Shown here one piece after another: positions 63,953 through 64,000 of a DNA stretch of 64,000 nt. The notes below the pieces were generated by a model, which saw only the letters and a list, made by a program, of their open reading frames with translations, had not been told where the DNA came from and searched no databases. Position 1 is the first letter of the stretch; the number at the start of each line of letters is the position of its first letter. The DNA is from Octopus sinensis. Lineage: Eukaryota. The position numbers and the translations under genes are program-made. Location: NCBI RefSeq assembly GCF_006345805.1, contig NC_043001.1, positions 54,932,001 to 54,996,000 on the forward strand. Reading direction: 5' to 3'.

Positions 63953-64000
63953 TTTACAAAAAGGATAAAAATAGTTTACCATCAGAAAGAGAAATTTAGT

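Overview
Eukaryotic, AT-rich genomic DNA packed with microsatellites. The tRNA-derived SINE families look like those of octopus, so the source is most likely an octopod cephalopod (recognised from memory, not a database result). I can support one protein-coding gene: a 1123-aa ORF with an uninterrupted CDS (37924-41295, +). It has a truncated RING/B-box-like N-terminus, a short coiled coil, a long disordered linker and a C-terminal NHL beta-propeller. The rest is transposon debris: R4/Dong-type RLE retrotransposons (one near full length, between TAA arrays), two Tx1/L1-type 3' fragments, RTE and CRE remnants, Penelope-like terminal remnants, a Tc1 transposon, mariner, hAT and probably Merlin MITEs, and many SINEs. 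Best second-look items: (1) the atypical NHL protein and a near-perfect ~300-bp fold-back in its likely 3'UTR, one of several fold-backs here; (2) two Tx1-like copies 31 kb apart with the same disabling lesions and 5' breakpoint; (3) a SINE whose 3' tail matches that Tx1-like LINE; (4) head/tail-shuffled SINEs; (5) a degenerate minimal hammerhead motif. No rRNA, CRISPR or prokaryotic features were seen. All alignments were done by eye and coordinates of degenerate repeats are approximate.
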